In this document: positions 25,922 to 34,558 of the stretch, piece after piece | Layout of the letters: each line of letters starts with the position of its first letter | Position numbering within the stretch: position 1 is the stretch's first letter | Assembly: GCA_040901675.1 (NCBI GenBank) | Contig: JBBDYJ010000017.1 | Span: 32,001 to 96,000, forward strand | Reading direction: 5' to 3' | Length of the DNA stretch: 64,000 nt | Origin: Pirellulales bacterium | GTDB lineage: Bacteria; Planctomycetota; Planctomycetia; Pirellulales; JAICIG01 | Notes under the pieces: model-generated | Told to the model about the DNA's origin: nothing | Database searches by the model: none | The model's input: only the letters and a program-made list of their open reading frames with translations | Position numbers and translations under genes: made by a program

Positions 25922-27409
25922 TCACACGAAGGGGTACATGTTGTTCTTGCTGGGGTCGCAGAGGCCGGCGGAATTGTAGGCGGCGATGTCCTGGGCTACG
26001 CGCTCTCGGAAACCGTTGAGCGATTCGACTCCAAGCGGCGAAGTGCCGGCCAAGTCGACGAGCGTTTCGTGGGCGCGCTCGACGGCGGCGCGGGCGGCGC
26101 GATTCGAGAAGAGGAACTCGTCGCTGGGGCTGGCCAAACCGCGTCGCCGACGGTTCTCGCTGTGAATCGCGCCGGCAAAATAATACATGCTGTATGCGCC
26201 CATCAGGTCGAACCGGCCGAAGGCGCGGTAGCAGCCGTGGATCAAACGGTCCAGGAAATCCGCCTCAGCGAACAGCGCCGCCTCGTACGTCGCCAGTTGA
26301 GCAGCCAGCGATGGCTGCCCCCAGTGTTGCTCCAGCATGCGTGCCAGGCGCTGGATGGTGAGCAAGCTGTGGGCGTTCCCGCCGCTGAACAGCGCGTCGA
26401 GAAAATACGCGGAGTGGGCCAGCATGGCCCAGCCTTCGCCGGCCGCCCGGCGTGCCCGGCGCTGCACCCGGCCGGTCCGCGTCCAGGGTTGCACCGGGCG
26501 GGCGCGAGCGAACTGCCGGGCGATCGACGGATAGCGGTCCAAGACGCTTTGCCACTGGGCCTCGGGCGCGAGCGACGTGTCCGACGCTCGACGCTCGCCG
26601 TCCAGCAAAAACCCCGCGCTGGTCAGGCCGTTGTTGAATCGCAGCACCCAAATCCAACCGTCGTCCAAGACGTGGTGCAAGGCGGCATCGTCGCAGCGAT
26701 ACGGATGGTCCGTCACGTCCCCGCCCAGCTCGACGAGCACGTCTTCCCACAGGTCCACGTCGGCAAAATGCGAGAACACGGTCCAGGAGTTGGTCCGCAC
26801 ACCAACGGGAGAAGTGTCGATCCCCAGCGCGCGGGCCAGCAGGCCCGATGGGCCGGTCGCGTCGATGAGGAAGGAGGCCGTGATCTCCACCGGTTCACCC
26901 GCACGACTGCCGCAGAGCAACCAGCCGTCGCGGCGCTCGATGGCCGTGACGTCGGTGCGGTCGTAGTAGGGGATGCCGGCCGCCTGGGCCTCCTTTACAA
27001 GAAAATGGTCGAAATCCTCTCGAAACCAATGGGTGTCGCCCACCTCGTCGGCCGGGCTGGCCCCGACCAAGAGCTCGTTGGCGTGGTCGGCTCGCGGCTG
27101 GAAGGGCCGGCCGGCCTGGTGCTGAAAGAAGCTGAAGCCCCGCTTCAGCCCGACGGCCAGCTCGGGGTACGCGCGCTGCCAGGGCCCATACTCGGTCAGG
27201 GGCAGCAGCCGGGCCAGGTTGTAAGTGCGGCTCAGCTCTTCGAGGGCCAGGTTGGCCAGCGGCGTGGACGACTCGCCGATGGCGAAGCGGGGGTGCGTGC
27301 CCCGTTCCACGAGCACTGGGCGCCGCCCGATCCGCTCCAGGACCAGCGCCATCAGGCTGCCGGCGAATCCGGCTCCCAGGATTGCCACGTCGGCGTGTTC
27401 TCGGATCAT
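25922..27409 (-). CDS. Flavin-dependent halogenase-family oxidoreductase (tryptophan-halogenase superfamily)
   Basis: DVAILGAGFAGS (GxGxxG), PRFAIGES, GLKRGF (candidate catalytic Lys), IDATG, GWIWVLRF (WxWxI-like), FLDALFSGG; ATGA overlap with the upstream gene. Confidence 0.85.
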   Translation of the reverse strand: MIREHADVAILGAGFAGSLMALVLERIGRRPVLVERGTHPRFAIGESSTPLANLALEELSRTYNLARLLPLTEYGPWQRAYPELAVGLKRGFSFFQHQAGRPFQPRADHANELLVGASPADEVGDTHWFREDFDHFLVKEAQAAGIPYYDRTDVTAIERRDGWLLCGSRAGEPVEITASFLIDATGPSGLLARALGIDTSPVGVRTNSWTVFSHFADVDLWEDVLVELGGDVTDHPYRCDDAALHHVLDDGWIWVLRFNNGLTSAGFLLDGERRASDTSLAPEAQWQSVLDRYPSIARQFARARPVQPWTRTGRVQRRARRAAGEGWAMLAHSAYFLDALFSGGNAHSLLTIQRLARMLEQHWGQPSLAAQLATYEAALFAEADFLDRLIHGCYRAFGRFDLMGAYSMYYFAGAIHSENRRRRGLASPSDEFLFSNRAARAAVERAHETLVDLAGTSPLGVESLNGFRERVAQDIAAYNSAGLCDPSKNNMYPFV

Positions 27410-28359
27410 GTTCCCTCGAGGCACTCGCAGGTTACAGGCGGCGGAGCGCTTTGTGTCAGGTTCATGGCGTGCAGGCGGCTCGCGCGCCCCGGCCCGCACT
27501 TCGGACAGGTGAAGAACTTCTCGATGTCCCACAGATCGGCGAAGACCCGGCCGCGCCCCAGGCCGATGCCATACTCCACCACTTCTTCCAACGATTCCAC
27601 GCGCGGCGGGCTGAACAACCGCTGTTCTTGCAAGTGCTCCATCGCCCCGTTGCCAGCCCGCGTCGGGATGACGGCGCAGCACTCCACGCCCACGTCGAAG
27701 GCGAAGTCGATTGACCGCCTGGCCCAGTGGACTCCCTCGGCCTCGCTAAGAAACGGAGGCCGCAGCAGGATGAAGGCCCGCACGCCGATCGAGTTGCCGG
27801 CGAGAAACCGCGCGGCCCGCTCGAAATCGGCTAGCGTCATCCGCTTGTTGAGGCGGGACAGCACGCCGGGATGCACGGTCTCCAGCCCCATCGCCACTTC
27901 CAGGCCCGGCCGCAGCCGCGCCTGGAAGTCGACGCAGCGCTTGCCGGCCAGTCGCGGATGGCACTCGATGATGACCGTGTCGAAGGGGGCGAGAAGTTGG
28001 GCGATCCGGGGCAGGTCGCAGGGCGGGATGGCCTGGGCGTCGAAGAAGTTGCCCGCGTTGTAGAGCTTGACGTGGCGGGCGGGCGGCAGGCGGCCCAAGG
28101 CCCACTCGATCTGCGCGGCGATGGCTCCGTCGGGCACCCGCTGGTCAGTGGTGTTCTTCCAGAGGTCGCACATCAAGCAGCGGAAGGGGCACTCGCGGTT
28201 CGTCAAAAACAGCGTGGCCACGGGCTCGACCGTCCCGTGCCGGGTGCGCTCGGGCTCCACCAGGCAGGCGTAGGGCCGCCACGGGTCGACCGGGTTCTTC
28301 GGCGGCCGCAGGGCGACGATCGCGCTGTCGGTCCAGGGCCCCGCGGCTTTACTGCTCAT
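27406..28359 (-). CDS. Radical SAM protein resembling the archaeosine RaSEA / Elp3-like group
   Basis: LFLTNRECPFRCLMCDL (CxxxCxxC), VKLYNAGNFFD, IECHP, EVAMGLET, AFILLRPPFLSEAE, IPTR, PPRVESL. Confidence 0.85.
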   Translation of the reverse strand: MSSKAAGPWTDSAIVALRPPKNPVDPWRPYACLVEPERTRHGTVEPVATLFLTNRECPFRCLMCDLWKNTTDQRVPDGAIAAQIEWALGRLPPARHVKLYNAGNFFDAQAIPPCDLPRIAQLLAPFDTVIIECHPRLAGKRCVDFQARLRPGLEVAMGLETVHPGVLSRLNKRMTLADFERAARFLAGNSIGVRAFILLRPPFLSEAEGVHWARRSIDFAFDVGVECCAVIPTRAGNGAMEHLQEQRLFSPPRVESLEEVVEYGIGLGRGRVFADLWDIEKFFTCPKCGPGRASRLHAMNLTQSAPPPVTCECLEGT

Positions 28360-29680
28360 AGAGCGCGTGAAAGGCTCGGCGATAGACGTTCGGTTCCGAG
28401 GGAAAGATCTCGGCAAACAGGTCTCTCTGGGCCGCCCCGTGCTGGAACCTCCGCTTCTCGAACACCGGCATGTCGAAGCCGGTGACGGCCTTGACTCCCC
28501 GCGCGACGACCTCGCCCTTGAGCTGGTAGAGCCGCTCGTGGCTCCAATCGGTCAGGGCGATGAAGGGAATTTTTTCGGCGATCTCGATGACGTTCGGCAG
28601 CGTGTAGGGGCTGAAGCCGTCGAAGCCGCACACCGAGGCCGGGGCGTAGCTGCGGGCGTAGCCCCGGCTGAGCCCGCCCGAGTAGGTCAGCGAGTGCTTG
28701 ATCGAATCGACGCCCCAGCCTTCCTGGTAGAGCAGAAGGTTGTTCAGCACGCTGCGGATGGTCAGCTCCGGGTTCTCTTCGATGGGGTAGTCCTTGAGGT
28801 TCTCGTCGCCTCCGTCGCCATCGATAAGGTAACGCCAGTCGGGGTAGCGCTGGCGGATGCCGCGGCACAAGGCGAGGCTCATGGCGGCCGACTGGATATC
28901 GAGCGGCTTGTAGTCCTCGACCACGCGGATGGTTTCCCGCCAGTCGATGGCCTCGCGGGGCACGTCGATCGTTTCCAGGAAAAACCCGAGGCCAAGCGAT
29001 TCGAGGAAGCGGCGGGCCTGGTCGAGATCGTCGCCGCCGCCGTCGACGACCAGCGTGAACGCCTTGAGCCGGCCCGGGTGCAGGCCGAGGCGAAGCATGG
29101 CATGGTAGGTCACCAGGAACACCGAGCCGCTGTCGATGCCGCCGGAAAAGCAGACGCCGACGGGACCTTCGACGGCCCGGAGCTGCAGCCACTTGGTGAC
29201 GGCGTCCTCGAGGGCCCGGATGTAAGCCGCGCCGATGGCGGCCGGATCGGGCTCGAGGGTCTCGCGGCGCGGAGTAAAGAACCGCCGGTAGGTGGGGTTG
29301 GGGTCGGGGCAGCCGACCAGGGCCACCTCGGTGAGGTAATGGGCGGGGGCCATGCGGGTGTAGGAGGGGTGGAACTGGTCGGCGAGGCCTTGCTGCTGGA
29401 GGTATCGGTGAATGGCATCGATGCGGTCGGCGGCCACCAGGCAAGGCCCCTCGTGCCGCTTGGCGATGAAGTAGCGCAGCGGGCGGCCGATGGAGCGGGC
29501 CATTCGCACGGTATGACCGCGGGTGGCCACGAGAGCGAAGTGCCCCTCGATGCGGCGGACCCGCTGGGGGTCGCCCGCGGCCAGCAGCTCGCGGGCGGCC
29601 TCGACCGTCATATCGTAGATGACGTTTTTGTCCGGATCGATGAGGTCGACCACGCGCTGGACAGTCGCAGGGCGTTGCAT
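28349..29680 (-). CDS. Asparagine-synthetase-like ATP pyrophosphatase (amide ligase) with a degenerate glutaminase domain
   Basis: PP-loop VCFSGGIDS, DGDGGDENL, EGHFALV...ARSIGRPLRY; no N-terminal Cys. Confidence 0.85.
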   Translation of the reverse strand: MQRPATVQRVVDLIDPDKNVIYDMTVEAARELLAAGDPQRVRRIEGHFALVATRGHTVRMARSIGRPLRYFIAKRHEGPCLVAADRIDAIHRYLQQQGLADQFHPSYTRMAPAHYLTEVALVGCPDPNPTYRRFFTPRRETLEPDPAAIGAAYIRALEDAVTKWLQLRAVEGPVGVCFSGGIDSGSVFLVTYHAMLRLGLHPGRLKAFTLVVDGGGDDLDQARRFLESLGLGFFLETIDVPREAIDWRETIRVVEDYKPLDIQSAAMSLALCRGIRQRYPDWRYLIDGDGGDENLKDYPIEENPELTIRSVLNNLLLYQEGWGVDSIKHSLTYSGGLSRGYARSYAPASVCGFDGFSPYTLPNVIEIAEKIPFIALTDWSHERLYQLKGEVVARGVKAVTGFDMPVFEKRRFQHGAAQRDLFAEIFPSEPNVYRRAFHALYEQ

Positions 29681-29891
29681 GGAATCAATCTCTCCACGAT
29701 GAATGAATGCGTTTTTCTCAAAACATCATTCTAGCCCGTCCGCGTGGAAAAAGCTCAACCGTGGCGGCTGGGTTCGGGCCAGTCGAGGCATATTCAGGCA
29801 CGTACTGACTGATGAGACCGAGCGATGGCGACGGTACAATGCCAAGACTCTGGGCTCGAGGCGTTGACGTGGAACTGTTCGGGGATGCCGT

Positions 29892-30220
29892 ATGAAGATG
29901 ATCCGCGGTGACTGGCTGGTGGCGGGCGTGGTATTGCTGGCGCTGGGAGTGATCGGCGTGGGGCCGGTGGACGGGGCTGCGGGAGGCGAGATTCCCAAGC
30001 CGGAAGATGCGCCGCCGCCGCTGGCACCCGAACAAAGCGCGAAGCGGATCAAAGTGCCGACGGGCTTCCGCGTCCAACTGGCGGCGAGCGAACCGCTGAT
30101 CCACGAACCGTCGGGCGTCTGCTGGGATGAAAGGGGACGGCTCTTCGTTTGCGAGTTGCACGGGTACAACCTGGAAGGCCAACACGACATCGAAGAACTG
30201 AACAAGACCGGCGAGCTGAA
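29892..30220 (+). pseudogene. 5' fragment of a PVC-type membrane-bound dehydrogenase / CxxCH beta-propeller gene, cut at palindrome copy 3
   Basis: Signal peptide then PEDAPPPLAPEQSAKRIKVPTGFRVQLAASEPLIHEPSGVCWDERGRLFVCELHGYN; similarity stops where the palindrome starts. Confidence 0.75.
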
Positions 30221-30228
30221 AGGAAAAG

Positions 30229-30287
30229 AAAAGAAAGGGGACATTCTACTTTCTAAGACAATAAAAGTAGAATGTCCCCTTTCTTTT
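30229..30287. mobile_element. ~57-bp palindromic element, copy 3
   Basis: AAAAGAAAGGGGACATTCTACTTT-ctaagacaata-AAAGTAGAATGTCCCCTTTCTTTT. Confidence 0.8.
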
Positions 30288-30396
30288 CCGCCATGCCGCT
30301 CATTGTCGGCTGCCTGGGAAGCGACGGAACTGCCGTTGGCCAGATTCCAGGCCCGACCTATATATGAGGTAGGCAAGGAGACGGAATTCGTGGCGG

Positions 30397-30568
30397 GTAG
30401 AACGGAAATTCCATTCCGCTGGGTTTGGTTGGAGAGCCGCATGAGAAACGCGATCGATTCGCTAAGGACAGCAGAGGGAAACGGAATGAATTCCGTTTTA
30501 CGGGCGACGGGAAACGGAATGAATTCCGTTCTACGGATGAGGGGGAACCGGAATAAACTCCGTTCTAC
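30397..30568. repeat. Cluster of family A GTAG REPs (one + copy, three - copies at 33-34 bp period)
   Basis: 30397-30420 (+); 30480-30501, 30513-30534 (exact reverse complement of 24144-24165) and 30547-30568 (-). Confidence 0.85.
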
Positions 30569-32045
30569 AGTGGGGCTGCTGGTCGCCGGCTGGATCGTGC
30601 AGGCAAGTTTCGGGCACGCCGGCGAACTGCCAACGCTGCCGCCCGCGGACGCGCTGTCGGGGCCGCTCTTGGATCCGCCGGGGGGCGACGACTATTCGTG
30701 GCAGTCGCTGGCCGCTTACCAGGAGCGGCTGGAGGCCCACTATGGCGGTTACCGCGAGATTCCGCTGGACGTGAAGGCGGCCTACTTCCAGTGGGAGCTG
30801 CTCCGCTACCACCTGACGCCGTACCACCAGGTGTATAACAGGGCCTTCCTGCCGGCCGGGCCGGGCGAGCCGCCACAATGGTTCCCGGGCGGCGACAGCT
30901 CGACGTGGAACGGGGCGCTGATGGCCGCCCTGAGCTTCCAGTACGCCGCCACCAAGGACCCGTCCGTGCTGGCGGCGATCAGCGAGGTTGTGCGGGGGAT
31001 GCACCTGTTCTTCGAGGTGACCGGCCAGCCAGGCTTGATGGCCCGCTCGGTCAGCCGCATCGACGGGCTGGTCGTGGAAGACCAGACGGGTTTGTACACC
31101 GCGGCCGACGGGGTCGAGTACCGTTTTCTGGGCAACCCGGCCAAGGGGGGCTACAACCAGATTGCCGGGGGCTACGCCGCCCTGATGATGCACGCCTACG
31201 ACGATCTGCCGGCCGAAATCCAGCAACTGGCCCGCGCCGACATGACCGCCATGGTGCTGCACCTGATCGATCACGACTACCGGGCCACGAACCGCGACGG
31301 CAGCCGCACGCAGTACGGCGACTTGCGGCCGCTGATCGGCTCGATGAGCCTGCCGTTCAACGCGCAGGTGGCCTACCAGATCGTCGCGCTGGGCTATTGC
31401 TTCCCGCCCGACGACCCCGCCCAGCGCGATCGGATCGTCGCCGAGTTTGTCCGCTTGCGGGGCAAGCACCACGTCTATTACGAGGCGCCGCTGCGGAACC
31501 TCGTGCCGCCGCAACGGATCGGCGGCGGGCCGCTGGTCAAGGGGATGAACGACCGCAATCACGTGACCAACGCGGCCTTCATCGGCCTGGCGCTGGAGCT
31601 GGACCAGGCCCGCCGGCAAGGCCGCGAGCCGGACGGCAAGTTCCTGTACCAGCTCGGCCAGACGATGGTCCACAGCATGGATTACCTGTGGGACAAGCAC
31701 AACAGCTTGTGCACGTTCATGTGGGCCGGCATCCTGAGCGACCCGCGCGCGTTCGCGACGATCGTGCGGCGGAAGCCCAACACGACGCGGGCCCGGCTGG
31801 TGCAGAGCCAGGCCGACGCCGTCGAGCAACTGCGGCGTTTCCGGCTCGACCGATTCGTGCGGCCCGGGCGCGCCATCGAGACCGAGCAGGTGCAGTGGTG
31901 CGACACGTTCCAGCCCGACGACTACCTGTGGAAGTGCGATCCGTACCTGGTCGTCGAGCCGACGGGGCCGGCGACCAACGCCTGCCAGTGCGCGATCGAC
32001 TATCTCTACGCCTACTGGTTGATGCGGTACTACCGGTTGGAATAG
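30537..32045 (+). CDS. Exported protein, probable (alpha/alpha)6 six-hairpin-glycosidase-like fold, function unknown
   Basis: Signal-like MRGNRNKLRSTVGLLVAGWIVQASFGHA; GDSSTWNG...QYAAT, EVTGQPGLMARS, DYLYAYWLMRYY; true start uncertain (frame open from 29892). Confidence 0.65.
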   Translation: MRGNRNKLRSTVGLLVAGWIVQASFGHAGELPTLPPADALSGPLLDPPGGDDYSWQSLAAYQERLEAHYGGYREIPLDVKAAYFQWELLRYHLTPYHQVYNRAFLPAGPGEPPQWFPGGDSSTWNGALMAALSFQYAATKDPSVLAAISEVVRGMHLFFEVTGQPGLMARSVSRIDGLVVEDQTGLYTAADGVEYRFLGNPAKGGYNQIAGGYAALMMHAYDDLPAEIQQLARADMTAMVLHLIDHDYRATNRDGSRTQYGDLRPLIGSMSLPFNAQVAYQIVALGYCFPPDDPAQRDRIVAEFVRLRGKHHVYYEAPLRNLVPPQRIGGGPLVKGMNDRNHVTNAAFIGLALELDQARRQGREPDGKFLYQLGQTMVHSMDYLWDKHNSLCTFMWAGILSDPRAFATIVRRKPNTTRARLVQSQADAVEQLRRFRLDRFVRPGRAIETEQVQWCDTFQPDDYLWKCDPYLVVEPTGPATNACQCAIDYLYAYWLMRYYRLE

Positions 32046-32133
32046 AGGGAGGAAGGAGGAAGGAGGAAGGAGGAATAGGATGATGCGGACGGACGAAGAC
32101 TGGGGCACGCTGACGCTTTGCCCCAGGCACCCG
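32046..32133. repeat. AGGAGGA 7-mer tandem repeats plus hairpin repeat family C
   Basis: ggaggaaggaggaaggaggaaggaggaa; CTGGGGCACGCTGACGCTTTGCCCCAGGCACCCG. Confidence 0.8.
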
Positions 32134-32147
32134 CGCTCATTCCTCAT

Positions 32148-33641
32148 TCATGCTTTGATCAGGAGGCGCGTGAGGAGGTTGCGGGGCAGATCGGGGACGA
32201 GCTGGGGGCGGGGCATGCCGAAGTGCTCCAGGATCACTTCGGCGGCCAGGTAGCCGCTGCGGACGGCGCCTTCCATCGTCGAAGGCCAACCGGTGCGGGT
32301 CCAATCGCCGGCCAACGCCAAATTGGCAATCGGCGTCCGCTGCGGAGGACGCAGCCGATCGAGGCCGGGACGCACGGAAAAAACGGCGGTGTGCTCGGTG
32401 ACGATCCGCCAACGAACCAGGCGAGCTTCCTGCGCCGCCGGCCAGACCTCAGCCAGCTCCGCAACCACTTGCCGGAGGATCTCCTGCCGCGGCCGTCCCT
32501 CGATCGACCGCGAAGCGCTGACGACCACTTGATAGTAGTGGGTGGCCGCTGGCGGATGGCGGGTTGAAGGAGTGGAGTCCGCTTCGTTCGTCTCGCCTCG
32601 AGCGTCGAGCGGCACCCCGGCGCGAGGCGCGTCTTCCCAGTTTCCTACTCTACTGAAGATCCATTGCGAAAGGCGGCCGACGAGAACAGCGTGGGGCAGG
32701 GGAGTGATCTGGCGATCGAACCAGAGATGAATGCCGCTGATCGGGGCGCACTCGATCTGGCTCGCCGCTTCCAAGTTCGGCAGCATCGACAGCACGCCCG
32801 CCGAGAACATCAAGGGCGCCCAACCCCAGGGGACGGCCACGATGGCCGCGTCGCAAGGGCGCCGGTCGCCGTCGGCCAGGTCGACCGCCGTCACCGCGGA
32901 AGCGTCGCCGTCGATCCGCTTCACGGCCGTGCCGAGGTGGATGGCGACCTGGCGGCGGGCGAGCCAGTCTTGCAGGCGGGCATAGAGGTCGCCCAGGGGA
33001 ATGCGGGGCACGTCAATGCGGCAGGCCTGGCGGGCGGCCAGAAATCCATCGACGAACACCTTGCGAGCCTGGACCAGCGAAGCGCGATCGAGCGTTTCGC
33101 CCAAAGCGCTGACCAGCACCACCGACCAGAACCGCTTGATCGCCGCGGGCGATTGCCCTTGGCTCTCCAGCCAGCGGCCGATCGCCGGCTGGGACTCGTC
33201 GTCGTCCACGCGCAGCCGAATCAACCGCCAGAGCGTCCGTGCGATGGAGAGCCGCTGGCCCGGGCTGAGATATTTCTGCCGCCAGAGCGAGGGGGCCAGG
33301 TGCAACGGCGCGGGAAGCCAGCGGCTGGCCTCCAGCGTGCAGGCCCGGCCATCGCGGCCGAAGAAGTGGAGCCGGCTGTCGCTCTGAAAAGCCTCCGCAA
33401 TCCCGGTGCGGCGGCAGAAATCGGCAAAGTTGGTGCAACAGCCCATGCTCACGTGCTGGCAATGGTCGACCAGCTCGCCGCTCGACGGGTCGCGGAAGCT
33501 GGTGGCCCGGCCGCCCAGTCGGCGGCGGGACTCGTAGAGTTGGACTTGGAGTCCCTGCTCGCAGAGGGCGACGGCCGCCGCCAGGCCGGCCAGGCCGCCT
33601 CCCACGATGGCGACCGTGGGCCGCACAGTGGCAATGCTCAT
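32148..33641 (-). CDS. hpnE: Hydroxysqualene dehydroxylase
   Basis: VAIVGGGLAGLAAA, LGGRATSF, DHCQHVSMGCC, LAGDWTRTGWPSTMEGAVRSG; follows hpnCD. Confidence 0.92.
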   Translation of the reverse strand: MSIATVRPTVAIVGGGLAGLAAAVALCEQGLQVQLYESRRRLGGRATSFRDPSSGELVDHCQHVSMGCCTNFADFCRRTGIAEAFQSDSRLHFFGRDGRACTLEASRWLPAPLHLAPSLWRQKYLSPGQRLSIARTLWRLIRLRVDDDESQPAIGRWLESQGQSPAAIKRFWSVVLVSALGETLDRASLVQARKVFVDGFLAARQACRIDVPRIPLGDLYARLQDWLARRQVAIHLGTAVKRIDGDASAVTAVDLADGDRRPCDAAIVAVPWGWAPLMFSAGVLSMLPNLEAASQIECAPISGIHLWFDRQITPLPHAVLVGRLSQWIFSRVGNWEDAPRAGVPLDARGETNEADSTPSTRHPPAATHYYQVVVSASRSIEGRPRQEILRQVVAELAEVWPAAQEARLVRWRIVTEHTAVFSVRPGLDRLRPPQRTPIANLALAGDWTRTGWPSTMEGAVRSGYLAAEVILEHFGMPRPQLVPDLPRNLLTRLLIKA

Positions 33642-34558
33642 CGGGCTCGGACCCGCACGGTGGACGGACCGGCCGGCTCGGCGGCGGCGGGGTGGAACCG
33701 CCACCAGGCATGCCTGGCGAGCAGCCAGCGGCCGGCGATGCCCAGTTTGCGCCAGGTGCTGAGGCGGATGGGGGCGCTGAACACGTCGCCGTCGAGGCGC
33801 TTGATTTCCTCCAGCAGTCCGCGATAGATGCCGGTCATGGCCCCGAAGACGGCTCGGCCGTCGGCTTGAAGCCAGTGCTCAAGCTCGCCGGCTTCGCGAT
33901 AGAACTGCTCGGCCCGTTCGATCTGGAACCGCATCAGCCGCGCGAAGCCCGCGCGGCGGCGACCGTCGAGCAGGTCGTCGGCGGTGCAGTGGAAGCGGCG
34001 GAGATCTTCCTGGGGGAGATAGATGCGTCCGGCGGCGGCGTCCTGCTTCAAGTCGCGGAGGATGTTGGTCAGTTGAAAGGCGATGCCGCACTTGCGGGCC
34101 GGCTCCAGCGCGGCCGGGTCGTCAAAACCCCAGACGTGGATGCACGAGAGCCCGACGACCGAGGCCACCTTGTAACAGTAATCGGCCAGCTCGTCGAACG
34201 TTTCGTACGTCCGCCCGTCGAGATCCATTTCGACGCCGTCGATCGCCGAGCGAAGATACTCCGGAGGGATGCGATAGCGGGAGACGGTGTCGGCCAGCGC
34301 GGGAAACAGCGGCGCCTCGAAGCGGCCGGCCAGCGCCTGCTCCAACGAGCGGCGCCAGGCGGCCAGGGCGGCCCGGCGCTCGGCCGCGGGGCGCGGGTTG
34401 TCGCCCAGATCGTCGGTGCGGCGCAGAAAGGCGTACAGGGCGCACATCGCCCGCCGCTTCGAGCGCGGTAGAACGAGAAACGAGTAATAGAAGTTGCTGG
34501 CCGCCCGGCGGGCAAATTGCTGGCACCAGTTGTAGCTCGCCTCGGTGGTCCAGGCCAT
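33638..34558 (-). CDS. hpnD: Presqualene diphosphate synthase (squalene/phytoene synthase family)
   Basis: SNFYYSF, ALYAFLRRTDDLGD, YCYKVASVVG, QLTNILRDLKQD, GRIYLP. Confidence 0.9.
   Translation of the reverse strand: MAWTTEASYNWCQQFARRAASNFYYSFLVLPRSKRRAMCALYAFLRRTDDLGDNPRPAAERRAALAAWRRSLEQALAGRFEAPLFPALADTVSRYRIPPEYLRSAIDGVEMDLDGRTYETFDELADYCYKVASVVGLSCIHVWGFDDPAALEPARKCGIAFQLTNILRDLKQDAAAGRIYLPQEDLRRFHCTADDLLDGRRRAGFARLMRFQIERAEQFYREAGELEHWLQADGRAVFGAMTGIYRGLLEEIKRLDGDVFSAPIRLSTWRKLGIAGRWLLARHAWWRFHPAAAEPAGPSTVRVRAR

Noticed and set aside
30480..30568. Regularly spaced palindromic repeats resembling a mini-CRISPR
   Set aside because: Spacers are only 11-12 nt, the repeats are GTAG REPs also found singly elsewhere, and there are no cas genes.
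29892..32045. 717-aa ORF as a single genuine conserved protein
   Set aside because: The middle part is translated palindrome and REP DNA. It is better explained as a pseudogene fragment plus a separate gene, with possible fusion noted as a finding.
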